A stretch of DNA of 55,666 bases from Orrella sp. Lineage in GTDB: Bacteria; Pseudomonadota; Gammaproteobacteria; Burkholderiales; Burkholderiaceae_B. A program made the position numbers and the translations under genes. Under the pieces are notes generated by a model. It did not search any database. It saw nothing but the letters and a program-made list of their open reading frames with translations, and was not told the origin of the DNA. The stretch is taken from contig JAKFDW010000123.1 in the NCBI GenBank assembly GCA_036675955.1, positions 1 through 55,666 of the forward strand, given 5' to 3'. Of this stretch, positions 28,618 through 39,458 are shown in pieces; position 1 is the first letter of the stretch; each line of letters starts with the position of its first letter.

Positions 28618-28768
28618 ATTTGCAAGAGAGGGCTTCATAAACGGTATTCCAATATGCGAGAATTAAATTGGTGATAAGCTGGCCGTTAGCCCGACCACTG
28701 CAACTGCCTGCGAAACGCTACGTAGTATTCGGGGCGTTTTGGCAAACCACGCTAACAGGACGTCTCGC

Positions 28769-31552
28769 ATGCAAAGAGCTTCTTCGTTGAACGACAATCC
28801 TGGCGCGCAGTGGCATGCCTTGACATCCCAGGAAGTGCTGCAGGCATTCGACAGCTCTGTTCAGGGGCTGAGCACCGAGAATGCAGCATCCCGGCTACGC
28901 GAATATGGCAGGAACGAGCTGCCCCCTGGCAAGCAGCGGTCGCCCTTCATCCGGTTTGCAGCCCAGTTCAACAACGCTCTGATCTACTTCCTGCTGGCGG
29001 CAGCTGCGCTTGCGGCCTTGCTCGGACACAATGTTGATGCCAGCGTGATCCTGTTGGTGGTCATCGTAAATGCCATGGTGGGCTTCATCCAGGAAGGACG
29101 TGCCGAGCAGGCATTGAACGCGTTGCGCGCCGTGCTTGCACCCAGCGCCCGTGTCTTGCGCGATGGCCAGCGCCACTCCATGGCGGTACAGGAACTGGTT
29201 CCGGGCGATATTGTCCTGCTCGAGGCGGGAGACCGGGTTCCGGCCGACTTGCGGCTGTTGCGTGCACGAGGGATGCTGGTTGATGAGGCTATCCTGACGG
29301 GGGAATCCGTTGCGGCCGAAAAGCTCGAAAGCCCGGCCTCCCCATCCGCTGCGCTGGGCGATCGTCATTCCATGGCATGGTCCGGCACATTGGTTGCAGC
29401 AGGACAAGGCACTGGTGTAGTGGTGGCGACGGGCGAACGATCCGAGATGGGACACATCAGTTCATTGCTGGGTTCCGTGGAGATGGTTACTACACCGCTT
29501 CTGCGCCAGATCAATGCATTTGGAAGACGCTTCACCGTATTTTCCATGGCGGCTGCGGCGGCGCTGCTGTTCTTCGCCATTGTTTTTCGCGACTACGCCT
29601 GGCTGGACGCCTTGATGGTCGTAGTGGCCTTGGCGGTCAGTCTGGTCCCGGAAAGCCTTCCGGCCGTCATCACCATAACACTGGCAATCGGCGTGCGTCG
29701 TATGGCCAGCCGCCATGCCATCGTGCGCCGCCTGCCGGCGGTTGAAACCCTGGGGGCAACGTCCATTATTTGTTCCGACAAGACCGGCACGTTGACACGC
29801 AACGAAATGGCCGGACGCCACCTGGTTACGGCCACGGGTACGTATCTCGTCGAGGGCGAAGGCTATACGCCATGGGGACGCATCACCGACGTAGCGGGAA
29901 ATCCCGTTCAGCTATCCGAGCCGGGACGTAGGCTGGTGCTGGCGGCGCTACTCTGCAATGACGCCCGCTTGCATGTCTCGGCCGACAAGCTGCGCATGGA
30001 TGGCGATCCGATGGAAGTCGCCTTGCTGGCCCTTGCGGCACGCGCCGGAATGGAGGCGGACACCCTGCGCTCGGAAAGCCCGCGCCTGGACGAAATTCCG
30101 TTTGACGCGCAACATCGCTACATGGCCACCCTGCACGCGAAACATGATGGTAGCGCCATGCTGATGGTCAAGGGCGCGCCGGAACGCGTGCTGTCCATGT
30201 GCGCACACCAGATTACGGCAGCCGGTACAGCCCCGCTCGATGCAGCATACTGGCAGGATGCAATCGATTCGGCCGGTTCGGCAGGCGAAAGGGTTCTTGG
30301 CTTTGCGTGGCGCGACTGCGCCAAGCTCACCAGGCGGCTGGAGTTTTCGGATGTGCAAGGCCTCGTCTTCCTGGGGGTGGTCGGTTTTATCGACCCGCCG
30401 CGCAACGAGGCTATCAAGGCCATTGCCGACTGCCGCTCTGCCGGGATAGCTGTAAAGATGATTACGGGCGATCATGCTGCCACGGCTACCGCGATTGCCG
30501 TTCAGCTGGGCCTGGCAGAACGGCCGGAAGTCATCACGGGCGCGCAGCTGGACACGGTGGCGGATTCAGAATTGCCGGACGTCGCACAGCGCGCCACGGT
30601 GTTCGCCCGTACCAGTCCCGAACATAAGTTGCGGATCGTACGCGCATTGCAATCCCGCGGTGCCGTCGTAGCCATGACGGGCGACGGGGTGAACGATGCA
30701 CCTTCCCTGAAACAGGCCGACGTGGGCATCGCCATGGGCCACAAAGGCACGGAAGCGGCCAAGGAGGCCGCACAAGTCGTGCTTGCCGACGACAATTTCG
30801 CCTCCATCGTTGCGGCGGTACACGAAGGTCGTACAGTGTATGACAACATCCGCAAGGTCATTGCCTGGACGATACCCACCAATGGCGGTGAGGCGCTGGC
30901 GATCGTTGTGGCGATGGCCTTAGGCATGTCGCTCCCTATGACGGCTGCACAAATTCTATGGGTCAACCTGATACTTACGATCACGCTGGGGCTGGCGCTG
31001 GCGTTCGAGCCACCCGAGCCCGGTGTCATGTCGCGTTCGCCGCGACGGGCCAGCGCTCCACTGCTGACCCCTTTTATGCTGTGGCGCATCGGCTTTGTGG
31101 CGCTACTTTTCGTCATTGCTGTCATCGGCGTATCCATTTGGGCGCTGGAACGCGGCCTGGATGAGGCGACGGCTCGTACCATGGTCGTCAATACGCTATG
31201 CGTTCTGGAAATCTTTTACCTTTTCAGCGTACGTTATCTGCACGGTCCGTCGTTTTCGCTTCAGGGGCTGAAAGGAACGCCGGCCGTGCTGGCCGCAGTC
31301 TCCGCTGTCATCGCTGCGCAACTCATGTTCACCTATACGCCATGGATGCAGCTGTTATTCGATACGCGGCCCGTGCCCTTGCTGGAGGGGCTGGTTATCC
31401 TTGGTTGCGGCGCGGTCCTGCTTGTGATCCTGGAGCTGGAAAAGGGGCTGTTGCGCCGCCTGGGATGGTTCGACGAGCTGCAGCCCCGGCGCTCGACTGA
31501 TGACATGGCGTCGGTGCCAGTCACCATGGGCAAGTCCACTCACTCAGCGTAA
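28769..31552 (+). CDS. Type II cation-transporting P-type ATPase
   Basis: [33 protein letters not shown]; TM4 reads PESL rather than PEGL. Confidence 0.92.
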   Translation: MQRASSLNDNPGAQWHALTSQEVLQAFDSSVQGLSTENAASRLREYGRNELPPGKQRSPFIRFAAQFNNALIYFLLAAAALAALLGHNVDASVILLVVIVNAMVGFIQEGRAEQALNALRAVLAPSARVLRDGQRHSMAVQELVPGDIVLLEAGDRVPADLRLLRARGMLVDEAILTGESVAAEKLESPASPSAALGDRHSMAWSGTLVAAGQGTGVVVATGERSEMGHISSLLGSVEMVTTPLLRQINAFGRRFTVFSMAAAAALLFFAIVFRDYAWLDALMVVVALAVSLVPESLPAVITITLAIGVRRMASRHAIVRRLPAVETLGATSIICSDKTGTLTRNEMAGRHLVTATGTYLVEGEGYTPWGRITDVAGNPVQLSEPGRRLVLAALLCNDARLHVSADKLRMDGDPMEVALLALAARAGMEADTLRSESPRLDEIPFDAQHRYMATLHAKHDGSAMLMVKGAPERVLSMCAHQITAAGTAPLDAAYWQDAIDSAGSAGERVLGFAWRDCAKLTRRLEFSDVQGLVFLGVVGFIDPPRNEAIKAIADCRSAGIAVKMITGDHAATATAIAVQLGLAERPEVITGAQLDTVADSELPDVAQRATVFARTSPEHKLRIVRALQSRGAVVAMTGDGVNDAPSLKQADVGIAMGHKGTEAAKEAAQVVLADDNFASIVAAVHEGRTVYDNIRKVIAWTIPTNGGEALAIVVAMALGMSLPMTAAQILWVNLILTITLGLALAFEPPEPGVMSRSPRRASAPLLTPFMLWRIGFVALLFVIAVIGVSIWALERGLDEATARTMVVNTLCVLEIFYLFSVRYLHGPSFSLQGLKGTPAVLAAVSAVIAAQLMFTYTPWMQLLFDTRPVPLLEGLVILGCGAVLLVILELEKGLLRRLGWFDELQPRRSTDDMASVPVTMGKSTHSA

Positions 31553-31565
31553 TGGAGAGATCGAC

Positions 31566-33962
31566 ATGACTTCACCAGGCAACGACAGCGAGAGCTGGAA
31601 TGCGAAAGGCGATATCCACGACCTGCAATTACTGGATGCCTACTGGAGGGCGGCGAACTATCTGTCTGTGGGGCAGATTTACCTTCTGGACAATCCGTTG
31701 CTCAAGCGGCCGCTTGACCTGAAACATGTCAAGCCTCGGCTGCTTGGTCACTGGGGAACTTCACCCGGTTTGAATTTCATCTACGTCCACCTGAATCGGG
31801 CGATTCAGAAGTATGACACCAACATGATCTATGTCTGCGGCCCAGGCCATGGCGGACCCGCCATTGTTGCCAACACCTGGCTGGAAGGAACTTACAGCGA
31901 GATCTATCCCGATGTGCCGCAGAACGAGGCCGGAATGCAGACCCTGTTTCGCCAGTTCTCGTTTCCAGGCGGAATTCCCAGCCATGTCGCGCCGGACGTT
32001 CCCGGCTCGATCAACGAAGGCGGCGAGCTGGGATATTCGCTGAGCCACGCCTATGGCGCTGCCTTCGACAATCCGGATCTTATCGTTGCCTGCGTCGTCG
32101 GCGACGGAGAGGCGGAAACCGGGCCGCTGGCCGCTTCGTGGCATTCGAACAAATTTCTGAGCCCCAGCAATGATGGCGCGGTGCTTCCCATCCTGCACCT
32201 GAACGGCTATAAGATCGCCAACCCCACCGTCCTGGCCCGTATATCGCACGATGAGCTGTGCGACCTGTTCAGGGGCTATGGCTACGATCCGATCTTCGTG
32301 GAAGGCAGCGACCCGCATGCCATGCACCGAAACATGGCTGCCGCCCTTGACCAATGCCTGGAACGTATCCGGGCCATACAGCGCGATGCGCGCAGTGGTG
32401 GAGCGAAGACCCGGCCCGCATGGCCCATGATTATCTTGCGCACCCCCAAGGGTTGGACGGGACCGAAGGAAGTGGATGGACTCAAGACGGAAGGCACCTG
32501 GCGATCCCACCAGGTGCCCTTGTCCAACTTGGCCAAGTCCGAGGATCACTTGCGGCAACTGGAGCAATGGTTGCGAAGCTATCGGCCCGAGGAGCTTTTC
32601 GATGAGTCCGGACGTCTTCGCCCGGAATTGCGCTCCCTGGCGCCCAAGGGCGACCGGCGCATGAGTGCCAACCCCCACGCCAACGGAGGACTGCTGTGCA
32701 AACCGCTGATCCTACCGGAATTGAAAGACTACGCCTTGAAAGTGCCGTCGCCCGGCAAGGTCACTGCCGAATCGACGCGAATCATGGGGCGCTACCTTGC
32801 AGGTGTGGTGCAGGCCAATGCGTCTCAGCGCAACTTCCGCCTGGTTGGGCCGGATGAAACCGCGTCGAATCGGCTTGACGCCGTAATTGACGAAAGCTCA
32901 CGCGCCTGGATGGCCGATATCCTGCCCGAAGACACTGGCCTGAGCCCTGACGGCCGCGTACTGGAGATCTTGTCGGAAACCACGTGCCAGGGGTGGCTGG
33001 AGGGCTATCTTTTGACCGGGCGCCATGGTCTTTTCTCATGCTACGAGGCCTTCATCCACATCGTCGACTCCATGTTCAACCAGCATGCTAAATGGCTCGA
33101 TGCATGCAGTGACCTGCCCTGGCGCAAACCCGTTGCCTCGCTGAATTACCTGCTGACCAGTCACGTATGGCGACAGGACCACAACGGCTTCAGCCATCAG
33201 GATCCCGGGTTCATCGATGTCGCGCTCAACAAGAAGCCCAGTATCGTAAGGGTGTATCTGCCGCCTGACGCCAACACACTGCTGTGGACCACCCGGCACA
33301 TCTTGGGCACTTGGAATCGAATCAATATTGTCGTCGCGGGCAAACAGCCATCTCATCAATGGCTGTCGCTCGAAACTGCGCTAGTACATTGCGTAGCGGG
33401 TCTGGGAAAATGGGAATGGGCCTCCAATGATGGCGAAGGAGAACCCGATGTGGTCCTTGCCTGCGCCGGCGACGTCCCGACGCTTGAAACCCTGGCCGCC
33501 GTCAGCATTCTTCGCGAGCATCTTCCAAAGCTGAAGATACGCGTGGTCAACGTGGTCGACTTGATGACCCTCCTGCCGGCCGAGGTCCATCCACATGGGC
33601 TGTCCTGCGACCGGTTCGATGCGTTGTTCACGACGAACCGTCCCGTCGTCTTTGCCTATCATGGCTACCCATGGACGATTCATCGCCTCACCTACCGCAG
33701 TACCAACCACGCCAACATCCACGTTCGGGGCTACCAGGAGGAAGGCACCACCACGACGCCCTTTGACATGACCGTGTTGAACCGCCTGGATCGGTTTCAT
33801 CTGGTATGCGATGTCCTCGATTATGTTTCCGACCTGGGCGCCGAGGCGGACACCTTGCGCAAAGCCATGCTGAACAAGCTCAAAGAGCACTCCCTATATA
33901 TTCGCCAGTATGGAGACGACATGCCCGAAGTTCGCGACTGGAAGTGGCACGCGCGAAATTAG
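31566..33962 (+). CDS. xfp: Xylulose-5-P/fructose-6-P phosphoketolase
   Basis: [63 protein letters not shown]. Confidence 0.95.
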   Translation: MTSPGNDSESWNAKGDIHDLQLLDAYWRAANYLSVGQIYLLDNPLLKRPLDLKHVKPRLLGHWGTSPGLNFIYVHLNRAIQKYDTNMIYVCGPGHGGPAIVANTWLEGTYSEIYPDVPQNEAGMQTLFRQFSFPGGIPSHVAPDVPGSINEGGELGYSLSHAYGAAFDNPDLIVACVVGDGEAETGPLAASWHSNKFLSPSNDGAVLPILHLNGYKIANPTVLARISHDELCDLFRGYGYDPIFVEGSDPHAMHRNMAAALDQCLERIRAIQRDARSGGAKTRPAWPMIILRTPKGWTGPKEVDGLKTEGTWRSHQVPLSNLAKSEDHLRQLEQWLRSYRPEELFDESGRLRPELRSLAPKGDRRMSANPHANGGLLCKPLILPELKDYALKVPSPGKVTAESTRIMGRYLAGVVQANASQRNFRLVGPDETASNRLDAVIDESSRAWMADILPEDTGLSPDGRVLEILSETTCQGWLEGYLLTGRHGLFSCYEAFIHIVDSMFNQHAKWLDACSDLPWRKPVASLNYLLTSHVWRQDHNGFSHQDPGFIDVALNKKPSIVRVYLPPDANTLLWTTRHILGTWNRINIVVAGKQPSHQWLSLETALVHCVAGLGKWEWASNDGEGEPDVVLACAGDVPTLETLAAVSILREHLPKLKIRVVNVVDLMTLLPAEVHPHGLSCDRFDALFTTNRPVVFAYHGYPWTIHRLTYRSTNHANIHVRGYQEEGTTTTPFDMTVLNRLDRFHLVCDVLDYVSDLGAEADTLRKAMLNKLKEHSLYIRQYGDDMPEVRDWKWHARN

Positions 33963-34037
33963 GCGGGTGTATCAAGACCCGATTTGCTCAAAGCTTTATG
34001 TCGATGGTCGCGCGGCAGTGAAGCGACGGCGATAATG

Positions 34038-34874
34038 TCAGAACCTGATCGGAAGCAAAGCCTGAAGTGCGTCGAGCAAGCGGTGGGCAGCAGCCTGGGT
34101 ACCTTCTGGCGTCGCATCTGCCTCAAACTCTGCGATCTCAAGTCCGACGACTTTGCTGATCGCAACTGCTTTTGCGATTTGGCGTAACTCGGTCAGGCTA
34201 AGGCCGCCCGTAACTCTGTAGTCGGTCGGAACTAGACCGGGCTCCAATACATCGCAGTCCAAATGCAAGTAGACAGGACGGCCGGCCACGGCCGCAGCGA
34301 CTCGTGCTGCGATGTCGGGGCCTGGAGGGATGAGAGTTACCGCGCCGCGCGCTATGAGCTGCTGCTCGAACGGATCAATATCCCTGGCCCCGACAAGAAT
34401 CGTATTGGCCGAAGATAGCCCATGACCAAAGCCAGAGTCCCATTTTCCAAGCGGCCCGGAAAGGGCCAGCCCTCCAAGATAGCCGGTTGTCGTGCTGTCC
34501 GGAGTGTTTATGTCTGCATGCGCGTCGAGCCACACAACGACTGCATCCGGTCGGTGCCGTGCAACGACAGGCAACGTGGCAAGTGAAACGGCACAGCGGG
34601 AAAGTGCCGTGAAAGGTACCGCTCCTTGGTTGAACAGTTGCTCGTATCGCGCGCCCATTGCGCAAAGGGCTGGACGTGCGGCGTCGAGTTCGGCCTGCCA
34701 TCCGGTAGCCAATGCCGGTTCAGGCTCGCTTATGATAACCGGATCAACACCGAGGCGGCGGGCCAGTTCTTCCGCAATGGCCGGCGACCCGGCCATTGCA
34801 CGGTCGTTGTGGTCACCGGCTCGGCCAGCGAAGTGCGTCAAGGCAGGCGTGACGGTAGAAGTCAAGTTTTTCAA
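34038..34874 (-). CDS. Arginase/ureohydrolase-family protein (atypical)
   Basis: VVWLDAHAD, VGARDID, YLHLDCDVL, GGLS, EIAEF; canonical GGDHS replaced by LSRCA; TTG start inferred. Confidence 0.8.
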   Translation of the reverse strand: MKNLTSTVTPALTHFAGRAGDHNDRAMAGSPAIAEELARRLGVDPVIISEPEPALATGWQAELDAARPALCAMGARYEQLFNQGAVPFTALSRCAVSLATLPVVARHRPDAVVVWLDAHADINTPDSTTTGYLGGLALSGPLGKWDSGFGHGLSSANTILVGARDIDPFEQQLIARGAVTLIPPGPDIAARVAAAVAGRPVYLHLDCDVLEPGLVPTDYRVTGGLSLTELRQIAKAVAISKVVGLEIAEFEADATPEGTQAAAHRLLDALQALLPIRF

Positions 34875-34990
34875 GCGCCCTCTTTCTTGGTTCGACAGGA
34901 CACATCGATTATATGACTGACTCTTGAGCGCATTTCTATGCACACCGCGGACTAGTAGTTTAGTGATGCCCAGTGGCATTTCCTTGTTAT

Positions 34991-35030
34991 TTGATACTGA
35001 AATTGATACTATTTCAAAGGATTTAGTACT
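34991..35030 (+). promoter_or_regulatory. Putative autoregulated TA promoter/operator
   Basis: TTGATACT direct repeat (34991, 35003) plus TAGTACT just upstream of the antitoxin RBS. Confidence 0.4.
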
Positions 35031-35045
35031 TTCTTGGAGACCGTT

Positions 35046-35315
35046 GTGCACAATACCGTGACCGTAGCCGAGATTAAACGCCGAGGTATGGCTGCCATTG
35101 AAGAAGGCCTGCGGCGAGGTCCCGTACATATCATCAAGCGCAACAAGTCGGCTGCCGTTATCTTGTCTGAAGCTGAATACCAGCGCCTCACAGGCAAGGG
35201 GTCATCGGTCGTTCCGGGAATGACCGCGTTGCAGTGGTTGCTGAGGCAGCCGTCTGCGGGCACGCGCGAGAAAGCGGAGATTGACGCTACGTTGGCTGAA
35301 GAGCGCGCCTGGTGA
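35046..35315 (+). CDS. Phd/YefM-family antitoxin
   Basis: TVTVAEIKR..GPVHIIKRNKSAAVILSEAEYQRL; GGAGA RBS and GTG start. Confidence 0.8.
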   Translation: MHNTVTVAEIKRRGMAAIEEGLRRGPVHIIKRNKSAAVILSEAEYQRLTGKGSSVVPGMTALQWLLRQPSAGTREKAEIDATLAEERAW

Positions 35316-35356
35316 TCGCGTTCTTCGATGCCTGTGCCTTGATCTATCTGAATTGA
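35312..35356 (+). pseudogene. PIN-domain (VapC) toxin stub, 14 codons
   Basis: GTGA overlap with the antitoxin stop; MIAFFDACALIYLN* matches the first PIN strand with the catalytic Asp, then stops. Confidence 0.7.
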
Positions 35357-35383
35357 CGCTATCAGCAATAGCGCCGCAAATGC

Positions 35384-36271
35384 CTACCTCAAGTTTTTGA
35401 CGAGGAAGCGAATGAACGCCTGGGCATGTGCCGGCAACGCAGACATCGACCTGATGACAATCAATTGATTGCGCTTAGCCCAATGCTCATCGAGGTGGAC
35501 AATACTTACCAGGTTTCTTTCCATAGACCGCTTCGCAATTGAGAGGGGGATCAGCGATATTCCAACGCCCTCGTGAACACACCTGAGCGCCGCATCAAAG
35601 TCGGGCATATGAACGCGCACGTTCATTCTTCGATTGAGCGTGCTGGCTATTTGCTGCAAGTACAGAAAATTGCTGCTTCTTCTTCCCACCGAAACCAGTT
35701 CATGGTCGAGCGCATCGTCGACCTTGACGTGTTGGAGCCGGGTCAAGGGATGGTCCAACGGTGTAACGAACACCAATTCGTCTTGTCCATAAGGAATGGA
35801 CTCCAAGCCCCGCAAATGCACCGCGCCAGCGACCAGGCCGATATCTGCAATCCCCTCATGAACCGCCCTCACGCTCTCTTCGCTTAAATGCTCCTCCAGC
35901 TCGATGTTGATGGACGGATGTGAAGCAAGAAATAGGCTAAGAGGGATCGGTAATGGGCTCAACGTGCTGCTGTTGGCAAAAACTCTTATATGTCCAGTGA
36001 CCTGCGAGTTATATCGAGCCATTTCTGTCTGCAACTCATCGGCACGAGACAACATCGTTTTTCCGTACTTATAAACGGCTTCTCCAGCAGCGGTCAGCTG
36101 CATGCCCCGCGAAGTGCGATCAAACAGCGAAACACTCAAGGCATTTTCGATATTCTTTAATCGGTAACTGGCAGATGGCGCCGTCATGTGCATATAGAGC
36201 GCGCCCTTGCTAAGACTATTGGCGTCGGCAATGGCCATGAACACTCGAAGATCTGTAAGCTCATATCGCAT
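35384..36271 (-). CDS. LysR-family regulator
   Basis: DLRVFMAIADANSLSKGA..HMTAPSASYRLKNIE..L...LFDR. Confidence 0.9.
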   Translation of the reverse strand: MRYELTDLRVFMAIADANSLSKGALYMHMTAPSASYRLKNIENALSVSLFDRTSRGMQLTAAGEAVYKYGKTMLSRADELQTEMARYNSQVTGHIRVFANSSTLSPLPIPLSLFLASHPSINIELEEHLSEESVRAVHEGIADIGLVAGAVHLRGLESIPYGQDELVFVTPLDHPLTRLQHVKVDDALDHELVSVGRRSSNFLYLQQIASTLNRRMNVRVHMPDFDAALRCVHEGVGISLIPLSIAKRSMERNLVSIVHLDEHWAKRNQLIVIRSMSALPAHAQAFIRFLVKNLR

Positions 36272-36308
36272 ATCCAGCAGGACTCCAGTCGCCTTGATAA
36301 ATGGTTTA

Positions 36309-36323
36309 TTAGATTTTGTCTAA
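36309..36323. promoter_or_regulatory. LysR-type palindrome
   Basis: TTAGA-ttttg-TCTAA (T-N11-A) in the divergent lysR/bug spacer. Confidence 0.6.
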
Positions 36324-36405
36324 CGCGGGAAAGTTTACTTCAACTGGACCGTCATCAAGTCCACCGATATAGTTTCGCTCACTATTAAACGAACGGAGAC
36401 CCGGA

Positions 36406-37371
36406 ATGAAAGTGTCCTTGCACCAATTGGTATCGATTTTCGCAATGTCGTTGCTTTCCACGGCAACGCTGGCCAGTTATCCCGATAAGCCGATAAAGCT
36501 GGTTGTTCCTTATGCAGCCGGCGGGCCTACTGACACGTTCGCGAGAGCGCTGTCCGACGAATGGGGCAAAAAGCTTGGGACTACCATGATCGTGGAAAAT
36601 AAAGCGGGCGCGGGCACCATGCTCGGGACCGAAAACGTTGCCAGAGCGCCCAAGGACGGATACACCGTCTTAATGGCTACTGTTGCCCACTCCGTGAATC
36701 CCAGCCTGCACGCAAAGCTTTCCTATGATCCGGTCAAAGACTTCGCTGCCGTAGGCCTTGCAGCTCGCGCACCCCTGGTACTGATCGTGAACAATGACTT
36801 GCCTGTCAAAACGCTGCCCGAGTTTTTCGATTACCTGCGCAACAACCCCGGTAAATCAGACTACGGGTCTGCCGGCGTAGGCAGTGCGCCTCATTTAGGC
36901 GGCGCTTTGTTGGATCACCTCGGCAAGTTTGATGTCAAGCATATTCCTTACCGTGGAAGCGCCCCTGCACTAGCCGACCTGATAGGCGGTCATGTGCAGT
37001 TTATGGTCGATAGCGCGCCAACGGGGCTTGCTCAAGCTCAAGCGGGAGCGGTTCGCCTGCTGGCGACGAGCATGGCTGAAAGATTGCCGCAAACACCGGA
37101 TGTGCCGGCCATTGCAGAGCAGCTACCCGGCTATGAGGCATACACATGGAACGCGATGCTGGTGCCGGCTGGAACCCCGCCGCAAGTCATTGAAAAACTG
37201 CGGGCAAGCTTGGAAGCGGCACTCAACGATGCGGAATTGCAGAAAAAAGCTTATACGATGGGACTTTTGCTTGAGCAACATCCCGATCCAGCAGCACTGG
37301 ATGCGTTTATTGCTGCCGAAACAAAAAAATGGAACCCGGTTGTCACATCGTCCAATATGGCCGCCAACTAA
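36406..37371 (+). CDS. Bug/TctC tripartite tricarboxylate transporter binding protein
   Basis: YPDKPIKLVVPYAAGGPTD, VENKAGAG, DGYT, YGSAGVGS..HL, HIPYRGSAPA. Confidence 0.93.
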   Translation: MKVSLHQLVSIFAMSLLSTATLASYPDKPIKLVVPYAAGGPTDTFARALSDEWGKKLGTTMIVENKAGAGTMLGTENVARAPKDGYTVLMATVAHSVNPSLHAKLSYDPVKDFAAVGLAARAPLVLIVNNDLPVKTLPEFFDYLRNNPGKSDYGSAGVGSAPHLGGALLDHLGKFDVKHIPYRGSAPALADLIGGHVQFMVDSAPTGLAQAQAGAVRLLATSMAERLPQTPDVPAIAEQLPGYEAYTWNAMLVPAGTPPQVIEKLRASLEAALNDAELQKKAYTMGLLLEQHPDPAALDAFIAAETKKWNPVVTSSNMAAN

Positions 37372-37404
37372 CGATCAGATCGCAACTTTAAAATTGGAAT
37401 AGAA

Positions 37405-37866
37405 ATGCCTTCACATAGACTTTGTGAACAACGCTACTTTGACGATTTCGTCGTTGGCGAGCGGTTTAATATCCCGTCCAGAACCATGACCGATGCATTG
37501 TTCGCGGCCTTCCAAATGGCCAGCGGAGATAACCACCCGGTTCACTACGATGTTGAATACTGCCGCTCCCACGGTATGCCCGACATGCTTGCTCACGGCT
37601 TCCAAGTACTCATTCAGACGGCGGCCGGAGCCGGGCTGTTTCCCCATTACGTCGAGGAATCGCTGAAAGCGTTTATTGAGCAAAGCAGCAAGTTTCTATT
37701 GCCGGTGTTTGCCGGCGACACGCTTTATCCGTCGTTAGAAGTGGTCGAACTCATTCCTGGCCGTACGACAGGTGTGCTTGCAATGCGATCCCAGATCCTC
37801 AATCAACGGGATGAGCTGGTGATGGAGGGAACTCAAAAGTACCTTTTACGCAAGCGAAGCGCCTGA
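37405..37866 (+). CDS. MaoC-family (hot-dog) dehydratase
   Basis: YFDDF.VG, SGDNHPVHYD.EY, LAHG, PVFAGDTL. Confidence 0.9.
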   Translation: MPSHRLCEQRYFDDFVVGERFNIPSRTMTDALFAAFQMASGDNHPVHYDVEYCRSHGMPDMLAHGFQVLIQTAAGAGLFPHYVEESLKAFIEQSSKFLLPVFAGDTLYPSLEVVELIPGRTTGVLAMRSQILNQRDELVMEGTQKYLLRKRSA

Positions 37867-37976
37867 GGATTGTCGACCATTGTCGTCCAAGCCGCGACGC
37901 GGCTTGATTTCATCATCGTGTTGCCCCGGCATGACCGGCTTGGCAGCAAATCGAACCTACTACTTTGGAATTGTGT

Positions 37977-39170
37977 ATGCGGCCGCTTGAAGGTATACGG
38001 ATATTGGATCTCAGCAAGGTTTTGGCCGGTCCCCTCTGCGCGCAATACCTGGGTGACCTGGGCGCAGATGTCATCAAGATCGAGCCGCCGGGCGTAGGCG
38101 ATGAGACGCGGGCTTGGCTTCCTCAAAAGGCGGGGGAGTCGGCCTCGTTCATGGCGGTAAACCACAATAAGCGCGGAATGGCACTGGATCTAAAATCCCC
38201 ACAGGGCAACCAGATCGTTCGAAACCTGGCCAAGCAAGCGGATGTGGTGATCCAGGGATTCGGTTCGGGAACGGCCAAACGCCTAGGTGTCGACTACGAA
38301 ACGCTTAAAGAAGTTAACCAGCGTCTGATTTACTGCGAAATTTCTGGATATGGACGCGATGGGCCTCTTGGCGCAGAGCCAGGGTACGACGTCATGCTGC
38401 AGGCTTTCAGCGGCATGGTGAGCACCATTGGTCAAAAGAATGGTCCCGCGGCGCGCGTCAGTTTCTCTCCCGTCGACCTGGGCACAGGACTGCATGCCGT
38501 TTCAGGCATTCTGGCTGCACTACTGAACCGGAGCAACACCGGAGAAGGCGCGTATGTAGAAGTTTCGCTGCTGGACACAGCCATGGGTTTCATGGGTTAC
38601 ATGGCTCACAACTACTGGTCTTCCGGTGTCGTGCCCTCGCGACTGGGTACCGCCCATCCATCGCTGTGTCCGTATCAAGTTTTCAGTACGCTGGACGGCG
38701 AACTCATGCTTGGCGTGGGCAACGATAGGCTGTGGCAGCGTTTCTGTAAAGAGGCGAGCCAGGAAGAATATGCCAACGATCCGGCCTTTAAAACAAATGC
38801 GCTAAGAGTGACGAATTTTGAGCGTACTTGCGATTTGGTTCAGGATTGGCTGAAAACTGACACGACTGAATCATGGCTCCTGCGCTTGCGTCGCGCCGGC
38901 GTCCCTGCCGCACCGCTGCATACGCTGGATCAAGCTCTTGCACATGAGCAGATTGCGGCACGCAACATTGTGGTGGAAAGTGAGCACCCTACCCTCGGGA
39001 AATTACGCCACATCGCTTACCCAGTCTCCTTCAATAACGAACAAAGAGGGGTGAAACGGCCGCCTCCGCTTCTGGGACAACACACGAAAGAGATACTCGA
39101 AGAGATGGGGTATGGCCGCACAGAAGTCCTGCAGTTCGCTGAACAGGGCGTTGTTGGCCCGCTTCGTTGA
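37977..39170 (+). CDS. CaiB/BaiF family III CoA-transferase
   Basis: PLEGIRILDLS.VLAGP, LGADVIKIE, NHNKR..LDLK, GYD, PPLLGQHT. Confidence 0.93.
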   Translation: MRPLEGIRILDLSKVLAGPLCAQYLGDLGADVIKIEPPGVGDETRAWLPQKAGESASFMAVNHNKRGMALDLKSPQGNQIVRNLAKQADVVIQGFGSGTAKRLGVDYETLKEVNQRLIYCEISGYGRDGPLGAEPGYDVMLQAFSGMVSTIGQKNGPAARVSFSPVDLGTGLHAVSGILAALLNRSNTGEGAYVEVSLLDTAMGFMGYMAHNYWSSGVVPSRLGTAHPSLCPYQVFSTLDGELMLGVGNDRLWQRFCKEASQEEYANDPAFKTNALRVTNFERTCDLVQDWLKTDTTESWLLRLRRAGVPAAPLHTLDQALAHEQIAARNIVVESEHPTLGKLRHIAYPVSFNNEQRGVKRPPPLLGQHTKEILEEMGYGRTEVLQFAEQGVVGPLR

Positions 39171-39458
39171 AGACATCCAGCCGAGCATTTCGCCGTAGCT
39201 CGATATTAAAACGTTGCTCCGCGCATGCGTCGGGCGAGGTTCCGACACGCGCAAGTTGCTGTGCGCGCCCCTAAACCTCAAAGCGTCGTGGCGCATAGCG
39301 ATCACTGTTGGCAATCAACAAGCTCTTCTGGGTGTATCTCTTCGAACTTTCTTGGCGACGATCGGGTCTTCGCGCACCGAGACAGAGCCCTTCTTCCTGC
39401 AGCCTACGGTTCTATTGTTTGCTTGTTTTAGGGGTAAACCCGTAGTAACATACTTTGC

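Noticed and set aside
34875-35129. 85-aa N-terminal extension of the arginase ORF
   Set aside because: It overlaps the antitoxin gene and its promoter; arginase-like sequence starts only after 34874
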